A stretch of DNA of 61,855 nucleotides, filler included, from Stramenopiles sp. TOSAG23-3 (lineage: Eukaryota): NCBI GenBank assembly GCA_900128585.1. It is 25 parts of 25 records of this genome, joined end to end, with 100 filler letters (N's around TTAATTAATTAA, not from the genome) between each part and the next. Parts side by side here need not be neighbours in the genome. Positions count along the whole stretch, not along the records: positions 1 to 2,398 come from LT644843.1; positions 2,499 to 4,895 come from LT644844.1; positions 4,996 to 7,390 come from LT644845.1; positions 7,491 to 9,879 come from LT644846.1; positions 9,980 to 12,366 come from LT644847.1; 20 more parts are not named here. One strand, 5' to 3'. Below, piece by piece: positions 1-9,980 of this stretch. The notes under the pieces are model-generated. The model was not told the DNA's origin, made no database searches, and saw only the letters and a list, made by a program, of their open reading frames with translations. Within the stretch, counting starts at the first letter, position 1. Each line of letters opens with the position of its first letter. The position numbers and the translations under genes are program-made.

Positions 1-276
1 TCATATATCAAATCACCCTTCTCTTTACTGTCCCCTATCTAAAATAATAATATAACTACGGATAATCGTACTCTTCTAAATTATAGACACCCTCAAGTTA
101 TATCAAAAGAAGAAGAAAATAATTATAAATACAATTTATTGTACTCTCATACATTGTTCACTCCTATCTACACATAACACTTTAACACTATGCTGTCTTT
201 ATAGTATTATCAATTAACATACAAATACTATGGGATTATAGAGTCAGACCAAAAAATAGTGTTCTTCTTTCTTCAA

Positions 277-783
277 CTAACAATTAATTTTGTCCCGAAA
301 CGAGTCTGACAACCGATCCAAAGTCCACGTATTTTTTGTGCAATATCGGCATTGGCTATCGCTGCAGCCATAATAACTAAATTTGTATTTTGTGCACTTC
401 ACACCTTTTGTGTACCCACGATTTGTCCAGTATTTGCGTCCACACGAACCTCTCAATCTCCGGTCGACGAACTCGTCTTCGTCATATATGGCAAATTCGT
501 CGATTTCATCGGAATCAACTTGGTTTGGTAGTAGAACTAGGTCTTGAGCATTATACTCCTCACCATCCAGCAAGTCGTAAATAGCGCGACCGTTTCGGCA
601 TACTGTCCACCGTCCGCCGTTTTTTCGTTTTCTCCTGATTTCTGCCATATTACATTTAGGAAGACTTTCAAGGCAGCCCATTTTTTTTGCCGTATCTCGC
701 CCATGCCGCACCCGAACAGTTATCCAGGCACACTTTCGTACATGCTCGTGCTGAAGCAATTGAAGAAATTGCAAGCGTGGCAA
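277..783 (-). CDS. Hypothetical Cys-rich protein (start uncertain)
   Basis: 168-aa ORF in a moderately GC-rich island flanked by AT-rich DNA; C-terminal Cys cluster; no recognised family. Confidence 0.4.
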   Translation of the reverse strand: MPRLQFLQLLQHEHVRKCAWITVRVRHGRDTAKKMGCLESLPKCNMAEIRRKRKNGGRWTVCRNGRAIYDLLDGEEYNAQDLVLLPNQVDSDEIDEFAIYDEDEFVDRRLRGSCGRKYWTNRGYTKGVKCTKYKFSYYGCSDSQCRYCTKNTWTLDRLSDSFRDKINC

Positions 784-1390
784 GTAAATAAAACGCTTTA
801 ATGTAACCCATTGTGAGATTAATGTTGTTTTGCTTCTTCTTATTTATTCAGGGAGAGATTATGTTTTGGTTAGTTATTGTAAACTTTTGTATTTCCTTTC
901 ATTAGATTTCGAAGAGCATATTTTACAAAAACAAAACAAAATGTTGAAGAAGAAGAAGATTCTGCTGTGAGAAGAAGATGATGAAACAACAAAGCACAAG
1001 AAAGAAAAAAAATCTAAATAAAAATACGAATATATGATAGGCATATAGTGTACTTAAATAACATGATTGACAAAGGTTAATCTTATAACTATTTACTACT
1101 GACAAACTCTCTTTCTCTTTTCCTTCCTTCCTACTATAAGTATCCCTATTCAATATCGCATTTTTATCGTACTTATAATTAGTAGATGACTAGCTCTCGA
1201 ATTATCCAACAAGATTTTTTATATCAATAAATCCCCCCCATTAATAAAAGGAAGGAAGATTGAGGATATATTTTCAATATATATTATTTTTTTGCGGTTT
1301 CATGTAGTGATGAGGTGTTGAAGTGGGTAAGAAGTAAGAAAGTAAGAATGAGCAATTGGTCGATTGTTTAAGAGGTAAGAGTTACTGGTT

Positions 1391-2398
1391 TTACCGCCTC
1401 CTCCTCTCTTGAACTCTGGTATGAACTTTTTCTGTCCTTGATTTCCGTGCGCGTCTCCTACGCTTAATCCGCCCGCTCCTGTCGGTCGTTCTGGTGTTTC
1501 TCTTGCTGCCTGTCGTTCTGGCATTTCTCCGGCGCACCGTTGAGGTTTTTCTCCAGCTCGTGCTTCGCTTGAGGCGGCGGCGCCATTCATCGGAACCTTC
1601 GGGGTATTCGGGCTCGTCCTCCTCCCACTCTTTGCCCTCGTACTCATCCTCCCAGTCTTCCATTTCTTCGCCCGACAATGGAATTTCTGGTTTTATGAAA
1701 GGGTCTGGTACACAATGGCCGCAGGTACACTGGCAACCTTCCTCCACCTCTGCGTTTCCATCGGTGCAAGCGCCGTAAGATTGCTCTTCCTCGCAAGAAT
1801 AGAAATCGCTCCATGGTTTAGCCAAATGACGCGAGTCGGACGTTGGAAGCATGAACCGGTTCACGCATGTGGAACTCGGTTGATTGCAGCTGCTCATCAT
1901 CGTATTGTCGTCGTTGTAGTCTTCAAAGTCGTTGTTGGTCTCAGTTTGGTGGTCGACGGAGATCCACGCGTCCGACAATGTGCACTCGTTGAAGATCCAG
2001 GTTTCTCGACCTTCGTCGTTCACGTCTTTCTTTATGTAGCAACGTTTGTCCAGCCGCGCGGATCCAAACCAGTTCCCGTCTTGGCTCTCTTGATACAAAT
2101 CGCCCCAGTTGGAAAATTGAAAGAACGATTTTGGGCCATCCACGACCACGTTGTCTTCCGTCGAGCCCGGGTTGACACTGTGTTCCGTCCTGCCAAATTC
2201 AAATCGGTTCTCGTGCAAGGTTATCCATTCCCCGTCGCATTCCACCCCGTGGCCGTGCTGCCTGCACCTACTGCGCAGACATTCCTCCGAGTCTTCGTTT
2301 TCGCACTCAGAAAGTCGAATTGCAACGTGCATGTGAAGGTTGCCAGAGGTAGCAGGGTACTGTTTGTTTGGATCGTACATCTTCAGGCATTTTCGGCC
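1391..2398 (-). CDS. Hypothetical protein, 5' truncated; Cys-containing acidic region, then RRRL and an Arg-rich tail
   Basis: Frame open to the contig edge (GRKCLKMYDP...); GC-rich and coding-like. Confidence 0.6.
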   Translation of the reverse strand, partial: GRKCLKMYDPNKQYPATSGNLHMHVAIRLSECENEDSEECLRSRCRQHGHGVECDGEWITLHENRFEFGRTEHSVNPGSTEDNVVVDGPKSFFQFSNWGDLYQESQDGNWFGSARLDKRCYIKKDVNDEGRETWIFNECTLSDAWISVDHQTETNNDFEDYNDDNTMMSSCNQPSSTCVNRFMLPTSDSRHLAKPWSDFYSCEEEQSYGACTDGNAEVEEGCQCTCGHCVPDPFIKPEIPLSGEEMEDWEDEYEGKEWEEDEPEYPEGSDEWRRRLKRSTSWRKTSTVRRRNARTTGSKRNTRTTDRSGRIKRRRRARKSRTEKVHTRVQERRRR

Positions 2399-2498
2399 NN
2401 NNNNNNNNNNNNNNNNNNNNNNNNNNNNNNNNNNNNNNNNNNTTAATTAATTAANNNNNNNNNNNNNNNNNNNNNNNNNNNNNNNNNNNNNNNNNNNN
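2399..2498. other. Artificial contig linker N44-TTAATTAATTAA-N44. First of 24; the others start at 4896, 7391, 9880, 12367, 14854, 17341, 19826, 22310, 24793, 27275, 29755, 32233, 34710, 37186, 39660, 42133, 44605, 47077, 49549, 52015, 54476, 56937, 59398
   Basis: Identical N-padded six-frame-stop spacer; contig lengths fall monotonically from 2398 to 2358 nt. Confidence 0.99.
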
Positions 2499-2499
2499 A

Positions 2500-2574
<75 letters not shown>
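2499..2574. repeat. (AAAG)n microsatellite at contig start
   Basis: Directly visible. Confidence 0.98.
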
Positions 2575-2575
<1 letters not shown>

Positions 2576-2835
2576 GATTAGCTTCAAGGCGTATAACGTC
2601 GTATAACGTTAACGTATATAACTATGAAACCACCTAATCATCTAGTCTAATTAATTATTCAATCTGTGTAATATTAATAACGAGCCCCTCTCCCCCATTA
2701 AGTAAGACCCATTACCTCCCCTCCTTATTATTTAACATAATAATAGCATCACCCACTATATAATATTAATAACCAGGCCCCCCCCCCCTTCCATGGATGG
2801 GCACTCCGTACCCATAAAAGTAAGTGCTCACCAAA

Positions 2836-3939
2836 TCACTGAAATAAAATACCCCCCATGGTACCAGATCTTCGCCGACCTTGTTTTGGAGTCATGGGCA
2901 TATTCGATGGGGTTCCAGGCAATCCATACGACCGACGCAAATCTTCATCGTCTACCGCCAAACTCTTCATGTATGTTTCCAAGCTCCCCAGGACTTTGTT
3001 AAATTGCTCGTATTCACTTTTGGTAAACTCATCTGGTGAGAAACAAGCACGTTCGTGCGTGTTGATGTATTCATCCAACCTGTGGTCTAATGTTTTCAAC
3101 TCGGGTACGATCTGTCGTACCCTCACCACCAAAAAGTCTCTCACAGATTCACACGGGAACCTTCTGACGCCGCGAGCCTCGTAAATGCACTTTTCGAAAC
3201 TTTGGTGGGAGTTCGCAATGAGGGACTTGTAATGAATCTCACGGTTTTCCGAAAATACCTTGCTGGTGGACGGGGTCTTGGTGTTGTCCCAACCGTCCGG
3301 CTTCTCCCCAAAGGGGCACAAGGGGTCCCACAACCCGTGCAAAATTTCGGCCCGCTTGCCTTCCGCCATTGTGGAATGCTTTATATTCCGAGACATCATC
3401 GAATTCCATGCGTACGAATCAACGACGGACGATAGGCTCGCCAAGCCCCTAATTTTTCTACTCCAGTACCTTTTTCTGGCCTGTATGACAACCGAAGAGC
3501 AAGAGATAGCGAGGGTCATCAGAACCGTCGTGATGATCATGTACGAGGGACTAAAGAAGCCGGGGATGGCTACGAGCCCGTCGTACGCTATATCACAGAC
3601 GGTTGTTGGGTCAAAAAGGAGCGTGCAGTTGTCACAGAGCTTGATATTGTGTTCACTACCATCGTCGCATACGACTTTGGTTACGTTACTCTGCGTTGCA
3701 TTCGTAACGTTGATTTTAATCACCTGTAAAAGTGTACGAGCGGGCACACCCTCGTCGACCAGGGAGAATAGGAACTGCCCCCCCTGGTCCAAGTATTCTA
3801 TAGACCCACGCGCGGGAAAAGGCAAATTCAAATACCTGTTTATTCGGATCGGCCAGCTCCAGAGCGAGGTCATCACTCCAATAATAGGTAGCAACGCCCA
3901 TACCACCCATCGCCTTCTTGCTTCTTTCTGAGGATACAT
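2836..3939 (-). CDS. Two-TM membrane protein with a C-terminal NICE-3/C1orf43 (Dlt1)-like domain
   Basis: Hydrophobic segments WVVWALLPIIGVMTSLW and YMIITTVLMTLAISCSSVVI; C-terminal SVRDFL...LDEYINTHERACFSPDEFTKSEYEQF resembles the NICE-3 core from memory. Confidence 0.6.
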   Translation of the reverse strand: MYPQKEARRRWVVWALLPIIGVMTSLWSWPIRINRYLNLPFPARGSIEYLDQGGQFLFSLVDEGVPARTLLQVIKINVTNATQSNVTKVVCDDGSEHNIKLCDNCTLLFDPTTVCDIAYDGLVAIPGFFSPSYMIITTVLMTLAISCSSVVIQARKRYWSRKIRGLASLSSVVDSYAWNSMMSRNIKHSTMAEGKRAEILHGLWDPLCPFGEKPDGWDNTKTPSTSKVFSENREIHYKSLIANSHQSFEKCIYEARGVRRFPCESVRDFLVVRVRQIVPELKTLDHRLDEYINTHERACFSPDEFTKSEYEQFNKVLGSLETYMKSLAVDDEDLRRSYGLPGTPSNMPMTPKQGRRRSGTMGGILFQ

Positions 3940-4995
3940 TGGGCAAAAATACAATGGTATGTGTACAACACGGTCGTTTCGTGTGCATGAATTGATCGTT
4001 TTGCAACGGTCCAATTTATAATCAATTCACTTTCGGTGTAATTATACAGTGATTGTCAATTGAATGAAATGGTATGATTAAACACTCTCTATATATATAT
4101 CATTCATTCATTCATTCTTCACATATTTTATAATTATGAATGAATGAAGAAGAAAGAAAATATTAGAATACAATTATTATTATCACAGCATCAAAAGTAG
4201 AAGAAGATATCATCATTTGTCATCATATCATATCGGATTGATTTAACTTAACATCGATAGAAAGACGATTGATTAGGTTGCTTCACCTTTTCTATTGTTT
4301 GTTTCCTATCTATATCTATAGTTGGAATAGTCTGTTCTCTATATTTATTGTTAATAATTGTTTTTAACCCCAACTAACACTATTAATACTGTTGGAACAG
4401 CATCATCATTTTGATTGAATAATAATTTTAAAAAAATAATAAAATAAAGAAAAAAACAAAAATTAAAAAATTAAAAAATCAAAAAACAAAACAACATATA
4501 CACATCATCATATATTATAAATAATAGTCGTCTATTAGACTATCATACATCATATATTTATTATGATATTAAAATAATAATATTTTATCATCAACAACAA
4601 CAACAACAACAACAACAGATAAATATCATCACATAAAAAAAAATTCGCGAAACGTTTCTTCTTGTTTTTTTCAGGCGGCGGGGAATTTATAATTTGAAAA
4701 TGTATATACACAGATGGAAAAGACGTATGACCAAAATTTTAAAAAATAGACTCGAGGATTGTTCCAAATCTATTCACCATTGTAACCGTGGTTAACGCAG
4801 ATAAGTTGTCGTATCAAGGCCGCGAAACATGTACCACGCCCCAGCAAAACCCGATTTCGATGCGGCGGCAACCAGTCGTAAAAAGGAGTTGCCCCNNNNN
4901 NNNNNNNNNNNNNNNNNNNNNNNNNNNNNNNNNNNNNNNTTAATTAATTAANNNNNNNNNNNNNNNNNNNNNNNNNNNNNNNNNNNNNNNNNNNN

Positions 4996-5070
<75 letters not shown>

Positions 5071-5072
5071 AA
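4996..5072. repeat. (AGAA)n microsatellite at contig start
   Basis: Directly visible. Confidence 0.98.
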
Positions 5073-6339
5073 TTTTTTTTGAAAATTCAAGTTGTTCAAA
5101 TATTTGCTAGTATATACTGTGTCTATGTAATTAAAAATAATATTGTTTAAGGATTAAATTTTAATTAATAAATATAAAATTATATATATTTAGTACTACT
5201 ATTATTGTTTAATTTGCTACACTATTATTCCATTGTTGTATTATTATACTAAAAGTAATTTAATTATAAAATTCCATTTTTTTTTCTACTTTCTTTCACT
5301 TAGTTTTTGGATTCGTGTCTTCTTTCGTCTAAATAAAATAAAATAAAATAAAATAAAACTCAAAATCTGGAGGAGTCGAAGGAGAGAGAAGTAACGCATA
5401 TTTGTAATACACATACACACTGTATCCCTATATAATAATAATAAATAAACTAGATGATAGATGACTAGACGACTATAGATCCAATAGAAGAACGACTAAG
5501 TAATAAAATAATAAAATATTTAAAAGATCATCGGAGCTGATAGCTGATAGCTGAGAGCGCTATTTTATATTACATTGTATAAGAAAGAGGCTGAGAGCTG
5601 AGAGGCTGTGATATTAATACGAGGAGAGGATAATAGAGAAAGAAGAAAAAAATAAGTTAAGAAAAAAATGGAATTTAATTGTACTTATTATATTATACTT
5701 AATTGAAAAACAATCCTATGAATCAATAGATAATTCTTTCTTCCTTCCTTCTTCTAAATAATTTTCACTTGGATAATTAATAGTTTTAATTAAATATCTC
5801 CTATATATTTTTGTACTTGTATAGTACGATCAAGTATCAACACCTCATTGTATACTATATCGTATTGTTAATTGTCTACCATCCCTATTTAAATTTGTAA
5901 AAATCTATTTTAAAGTAACTGTCATAAAAAAAATTGCGCAAATGCCTGATTGATTGATGAAGAAGTACCGGTACTTGGTAAGAGGAGAAGAAGAACCGAC
6001 CGAGATATTGGTGATTGCTGACCCGCCCGCCGCCCGCCGTACCTCGGAAGAGAACATCATGAATGAAATGCAAAAGGAACACAGTAAGTTCGTTTGCTTT
6101 CTTTTTTTTTTCGTTCTGAACGATTGGATTGTTTTGGTAATTGTTCCGACTATTCTCTTGTTAACTTTGCGCTTTTAGCATTTTCGATAGAATATTTATA
6201 GGAGTAGTAGGTTTGCCGTTCTTCATAGTTTATTGCCGTTGCGGGGCTGAACGTTGTTATAGGTTGGGCGGGTGTATATATATATATAATAGGCACGTGT
6301 GATATTTGAAGGGGGGTATTTTAATTTTGTTTTTTCCCT

Positions 6340-7390
6340 ATGTCGAGGCTTCCTCGCCCACCGCCACCGCCAAAGAGGCAGGGTGGGAAGGCAAGGCCCC
6401 CGCCTCCTCCAGGTGCACGCCGGTCCAACGCTGCGCCGCCGCCACCTCCGCCTGGCATAGGGTCTGCGGAGAAACGGAATAAAGAGTATTTTGCTGAAAT
6501 GAAACGGAAACGAAACGAGGAAAAGGCATCAGAGGATCTTGAGAAGAAAGCTCGCTTGGGCAATATGACGGAAGAGGAGAAACTTGCGTTGGCCGAGGAA
6601 GAAAAGGCCGAGGCTTTGCAGGAAAAGCAAAGGCAGAAACATTTGAAGACGCTCGCAAGGTCTTCGGGGAAGAAAGGGAAGAAGAGTATCATAAAGAAAC
6701 TGGGAGGTCGGGGCAGTACTCTGAAGAACAAAAAACCGCCGTCTAGTGCGCCACCTCCTCCGCCCCCTAACGTTGATTCCGCAAAAGCGGGTTCACCAGC
6801 GCCACCGCCCCCGTTCAACCAAATGCAAAAACCAGTAGATAAACCAAGGCCGCCGCCGCCGAGAGCCCACCAATTAGCAAAGTCCCTGAAGCCCCCCCCA
6901 GCACCCCTAAGCCTGGACAAGTCGAAGCGGGCAAGTGCACTTGAATCCCTTGCGCCCCCGCCTGCTTTTGACATGCCCGTGGGACCCAAGCCGCCACCTT
7001 TTGCGGGGCCAGTCCTTCCACCACCGCCACCAGACAATAGTGCAAAACAGAAAAAAGCTTCAGTAGTGTCTGCGAACAAACTGAAGGGGGCAAGGCCACC
7101 GCCACCATCGGTAAAGTCTGGTAGGGCAAGACCGCCCCCCCCACCTGGAGCCGGAGCCACGAAGAAGACCGTGGGAGGAGCGCGGCCGCCGCCGCCTGCT
7201 GGCAAAGCTGTTGGGGCGCGGCCGCCGCCGCCGCTTGGGGCAGCGGCCGCAAAGAAGACCGCGGGAGGAGCGCGGCCACCGCCGCCTGCTGGCAAAGCCG
7301 TTGGGGCGCGGCCGCCGCCGCCGCCCGGGGCAGCGGCCGCGAAGAAGACCGCGGGAGGAGCGCGGCCGCCGCCACCTGCAGGGAAAGCCG
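6340..7390 (+). CDS. Proline-rich protein with an N-terminal coiled coil and 30-aa poly-Pro tandem repeats (WASP/formin-FH1-like), 3' truncated
   Basis: ATG 6340, many PPPP tracts, runs off the contig end. Confidence 0.8.
7125..7390 (+). repeat. 90-nt coding tandem repeat (ARPPPPAGKAVGARPPPPPGAAAAKKTAGG)
   Basis: Units in register at 7180, 7270 and 7360. Confidence 0.9.
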
Positions 7391-7492
7391 NNNNNNNNNN
7401 NNNNNNNNNNNNNNNNNNNNNNNNNNNNNNNNNNTTAATTAATTAANNNNNNNNNNNNNNNNNNNNNNNNNNNNNNNNNNNNNNNNNNNNGG

Positions 7493-9814
7493 CGCCCGTT
7501 TTTCAAACGGCGGTTTGAGGAAGACAGCGTAAACTGCTTTCAGTCCGCGTCGAGGATCGTTCAACACCTGCTCGATCTTGGCAATGGGGGCAAAGGCTCC
7601 CCTTCCCCCGATGCCGGCAAGGTGCGGCCGCGCAGAAACCGCGGGACAGCGCCCACGGCCAACGCCACCACACCAGGTGGGTCCGGGCCCGGACCGTCGA
7701 CGTCCAGGAAGAGCAAACAGAAACGCCTCCGCTTTGGGGAGTGCGCGGGCCCCGCCAAGCAGGGGGGGCAGCGTGAGGAGGCCAGCACGGGCCAGGCAGA
7801 GGACGACGCCAGCAGAAAGAAACGAAAGCGAACGCCGACTTTAAAAACGGTCAATTTGACCCCCGACTTAGTCAAGCTGGTGCAGAATGGGACTATGTCC
7901 GAGGAGGACGCTCGCTCGATCGCCGTCCACGATTACGAAAGCTCGCAGTCCCAGGGCGAGAGCACCCCGGCGGGCCGGACGAAGAAAACGTCGCGCCGGC
8001 CTGGGCCAGCTGTGGAGCCCCCCCCATGGGTCTCGCCGTTGTCCCAAAAGATCAAAAGCTTTTCGGTGCAAGAGGCAAACCAGTACATTTTACTGGACAC
8101 GTCTGCAGGGATGGTGGGCTGGATGTGGCGCGCGCTGCGAAAACTTGGGTGGGCGCACAACAGCGGAAAGTACTTTCCCCCGGGCAAGCGGCCAGCCGAA
8201 CGTAGCCAATGGAAAGCTGGGGTGCACTATTTCGAAAGCCCCGACGAAGCGCTCGCGTTTGTGGACCGAATTCGATGCTCCCCGTACTTGGACATTGACT
8301 TTTCCAAATCGTTTACGTCGTACTGGAAGTACCTGAGGACCCTGGGCTGGACCTTTGAAAAAGACAAGAACGCCATCCACATGGGTGGTCTGAAGTCCCT
8401 TGGGCAGCTGTCGTATTACTGCATGCCGCGGCGTAGTGTGGAAAATGGAACCCCGGGCGTGGACATTTTCGAGAGCGCTTCGGAGGCGGTGGATTTCATA
8501 CAAAGCCTGGTGCCGTCGGAAGATGATGATATCGGGTACAAAAGTCCCGAACTGTCGAAGAGCGGGCGGCCAATCCGCAAGTCGCGAACCGCCAAGCCGG
8601 TGGAAAGCGTAAAGGAGAACGCGACGAAGGAAGGCAGCGTGCAGGCCAAGACCGGCGCGGGGAAGAAGGGGGCCTCGTCCTCTTCCGCGAAGCCGTTGAA
8701 TGGCAAAACCAGCCAGGCCCCCTCCTCTTTCCCAAAGAAGAAAGCTGGAAAGAAGCCTGCTCCGGCACCCCTCCCGGCGCCAGCTGCAGGGTCCAAAAAA
8801 CCTAAGGCCGTATCAAAAGCCCCATCTGCGCGGAAAAAGGGGCCAGCCGCGACCTCCAAACCGGCCGTGAAAGTCGCGGAAAAGGCTGCTCGCCCTTACA
8901 GGAAGAAGCTCACGGAGCGCGATTTTTTGAAACGGCTGCGAACTCGCATCCGTCAGTTCGGGCGCCGGTCTATCAATGGCCCAAAGGTGACCAAGGCAAA
9001 GCTTCAGCGTCAGAAGGATGCAGAGGAGGCCGCGCAAAACTTGAAGCAGTCGAAGGCGGAACAGAGCGACGACAGCAGCGACGAGGGCGACCAGAGCAGC
9101 GAAGAGGAGGAGGCAAACAGTGGCAGCGAGTTGGACGATTCCGAAGGCGAAGAGTCAGAGGACGAAGATTCGGACGATTTCGCCGAACCGTCGGGTGCCG
9201 AGGTGGAGGAAGAGGTGGTGCAACAGCCGTTGATTACTTGGAGTAGTCGAAAGGCTTTGAGCACGGCCCTCTCCCCCTTTTCCCCAATCGCGCCGGCTAC
9301 CGCACCAATGAGGCTCCCTACGAACGTCGCCGTCTACCACCCCGTCGGGACGGTGGACGACATTCCCTCGGACGACGACGAGGACTTTGGGGGAGAGGAA
9401 GATACTAGGGCAGAAGGGTTTATGCTGCGACATTACTGGGAAGAGTTGGAGGAGCAAAACGAGACCATATCGACGTGGCTGACGTGCCACAACTGCGGGA
9501 AGCGCAGGAAAGCAAACCGGGCGCACCCCTACCTTCGGGGCCTGAAGGATTACTTCTACTGCGGGAACGGTCTCCGGCCCACCGAGGCGCGCTGCGGGCG
9601 CCCGTGCACATGGTTCACGTCGAACATTGGCCAAACGGCGGCACTCATGCTGACCAACCACAACATAAATCGGGTGGAAGACATGCTGTTTGACAAAGGG
9701 CTGGAGGGGCACGCCCGTTCGCTGGGCGTGGTGTTCGAGCCCCAAACCCTTCGGCCGGTCATGGTGGACGATTTCAACGAAGGTGTCGAGAGCCCGAACT
9801 CGAGGATTGTGTAA
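7493..9814 (+). CDS. Putative chromatin protein, 5' truncated: repeated W-x2-L-x3-GW...G-V-x-x-F-E-S domains, Lys-rich and acidic tracts, C-terminal CW-type zinc finger
   Basis: Frame open from the contig edge; WRALRKLGW...GVHYFES and WKYLRTLGW...GVDIFES; WLTCHNCGKRR...FYC...C matches CW-finger spacing. Confidence 0.75.
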   Translation, partial: RPFFKRRFEEDSVNCFQSASRIVQHLLDLGNGGKGSPSPDAGKVRPRRNRGTAPTANATTPGGSGPGPSTSRKSKQKRLRFGECAGPAKQGGQREEASTGQAEDDASRKKRKRTPTLKTVNLTPDLVKLVQNGTMSEEDARSIAVHDYESSQSQGESTPAGRTKKTSRRPGPAVEPPPWVSPLSQKIKSFSVQEANQYILLDTSAGMVGWMWRALRKLGWAHNSGKYFPPGKRPAERSQWKAGVHYFESPDEALAFVDRIRCSPYLDIDFSKSFTSYWKYLRTLGWTFEKDKNAIHMGGLKSLGQLSYYCMPRRSVENGTPGVDIFESASEAVDFIQSLVPSEDDDIGYKSPELSKSGRPIRKSRTAKPVESVKENATKEGSVQAKTGAGKKGASSSSAKPLNGKTSQAPSSFPKKKAGKKPAPAPLPAPAAGSKKPKAVSKAPSARKKGPAATSKPAVKVAEKAARPYRKKLTERDFLKRLRTRIRQFGRRSINGPKVTKAKLQRQKDAEEAAQNLKQSKAEQSDDSSDEGDQSSEEEEANSGSELDDSEGEESEDEDSDDFAEPSGAEVEEEVVQQPLITWSSRKALSTALSPFSPIAPATAPMRLPTNVAVYHPVGTVDDIPSDDDEDFGGEEDTRAEGFMLRHYWEELEEQNETISTWLTCHNCGKRRKANRAHPYLRGLKDYFYCGNGLRPTEARCGRPCTWFTSNIGQTAALMLTNHNINRVEDMLFDKGLEGHARSLGVVFEPQTLRPVMVDDFNEGVESPNSRIV

Positions 9815-9980
9815 AGGGGGGGCGCGAGAATTCGCACCCTTGGCATTAATGTGGCCCCGGACCCGACTGCGCGTACTCGNNNNNNNNNNNNNNNNNNNNN
9901 NNNNNNNNNNNNNNNNNNNNNNNTTAATTAATTAANNNNNNNNNNNNNNNNNNNNNNNNNNNNNNNNNNNNNNNNNNNNG

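Noticed and set aside
6321-7295. Long antisense or alternative-frame ORFs (also 1715-2446, 18365-19291, 28893-29618, 34823-35782, 55393-56256)
   Set aside because: Shadow ORFs of GC-rich genuine genes with no independent motifs
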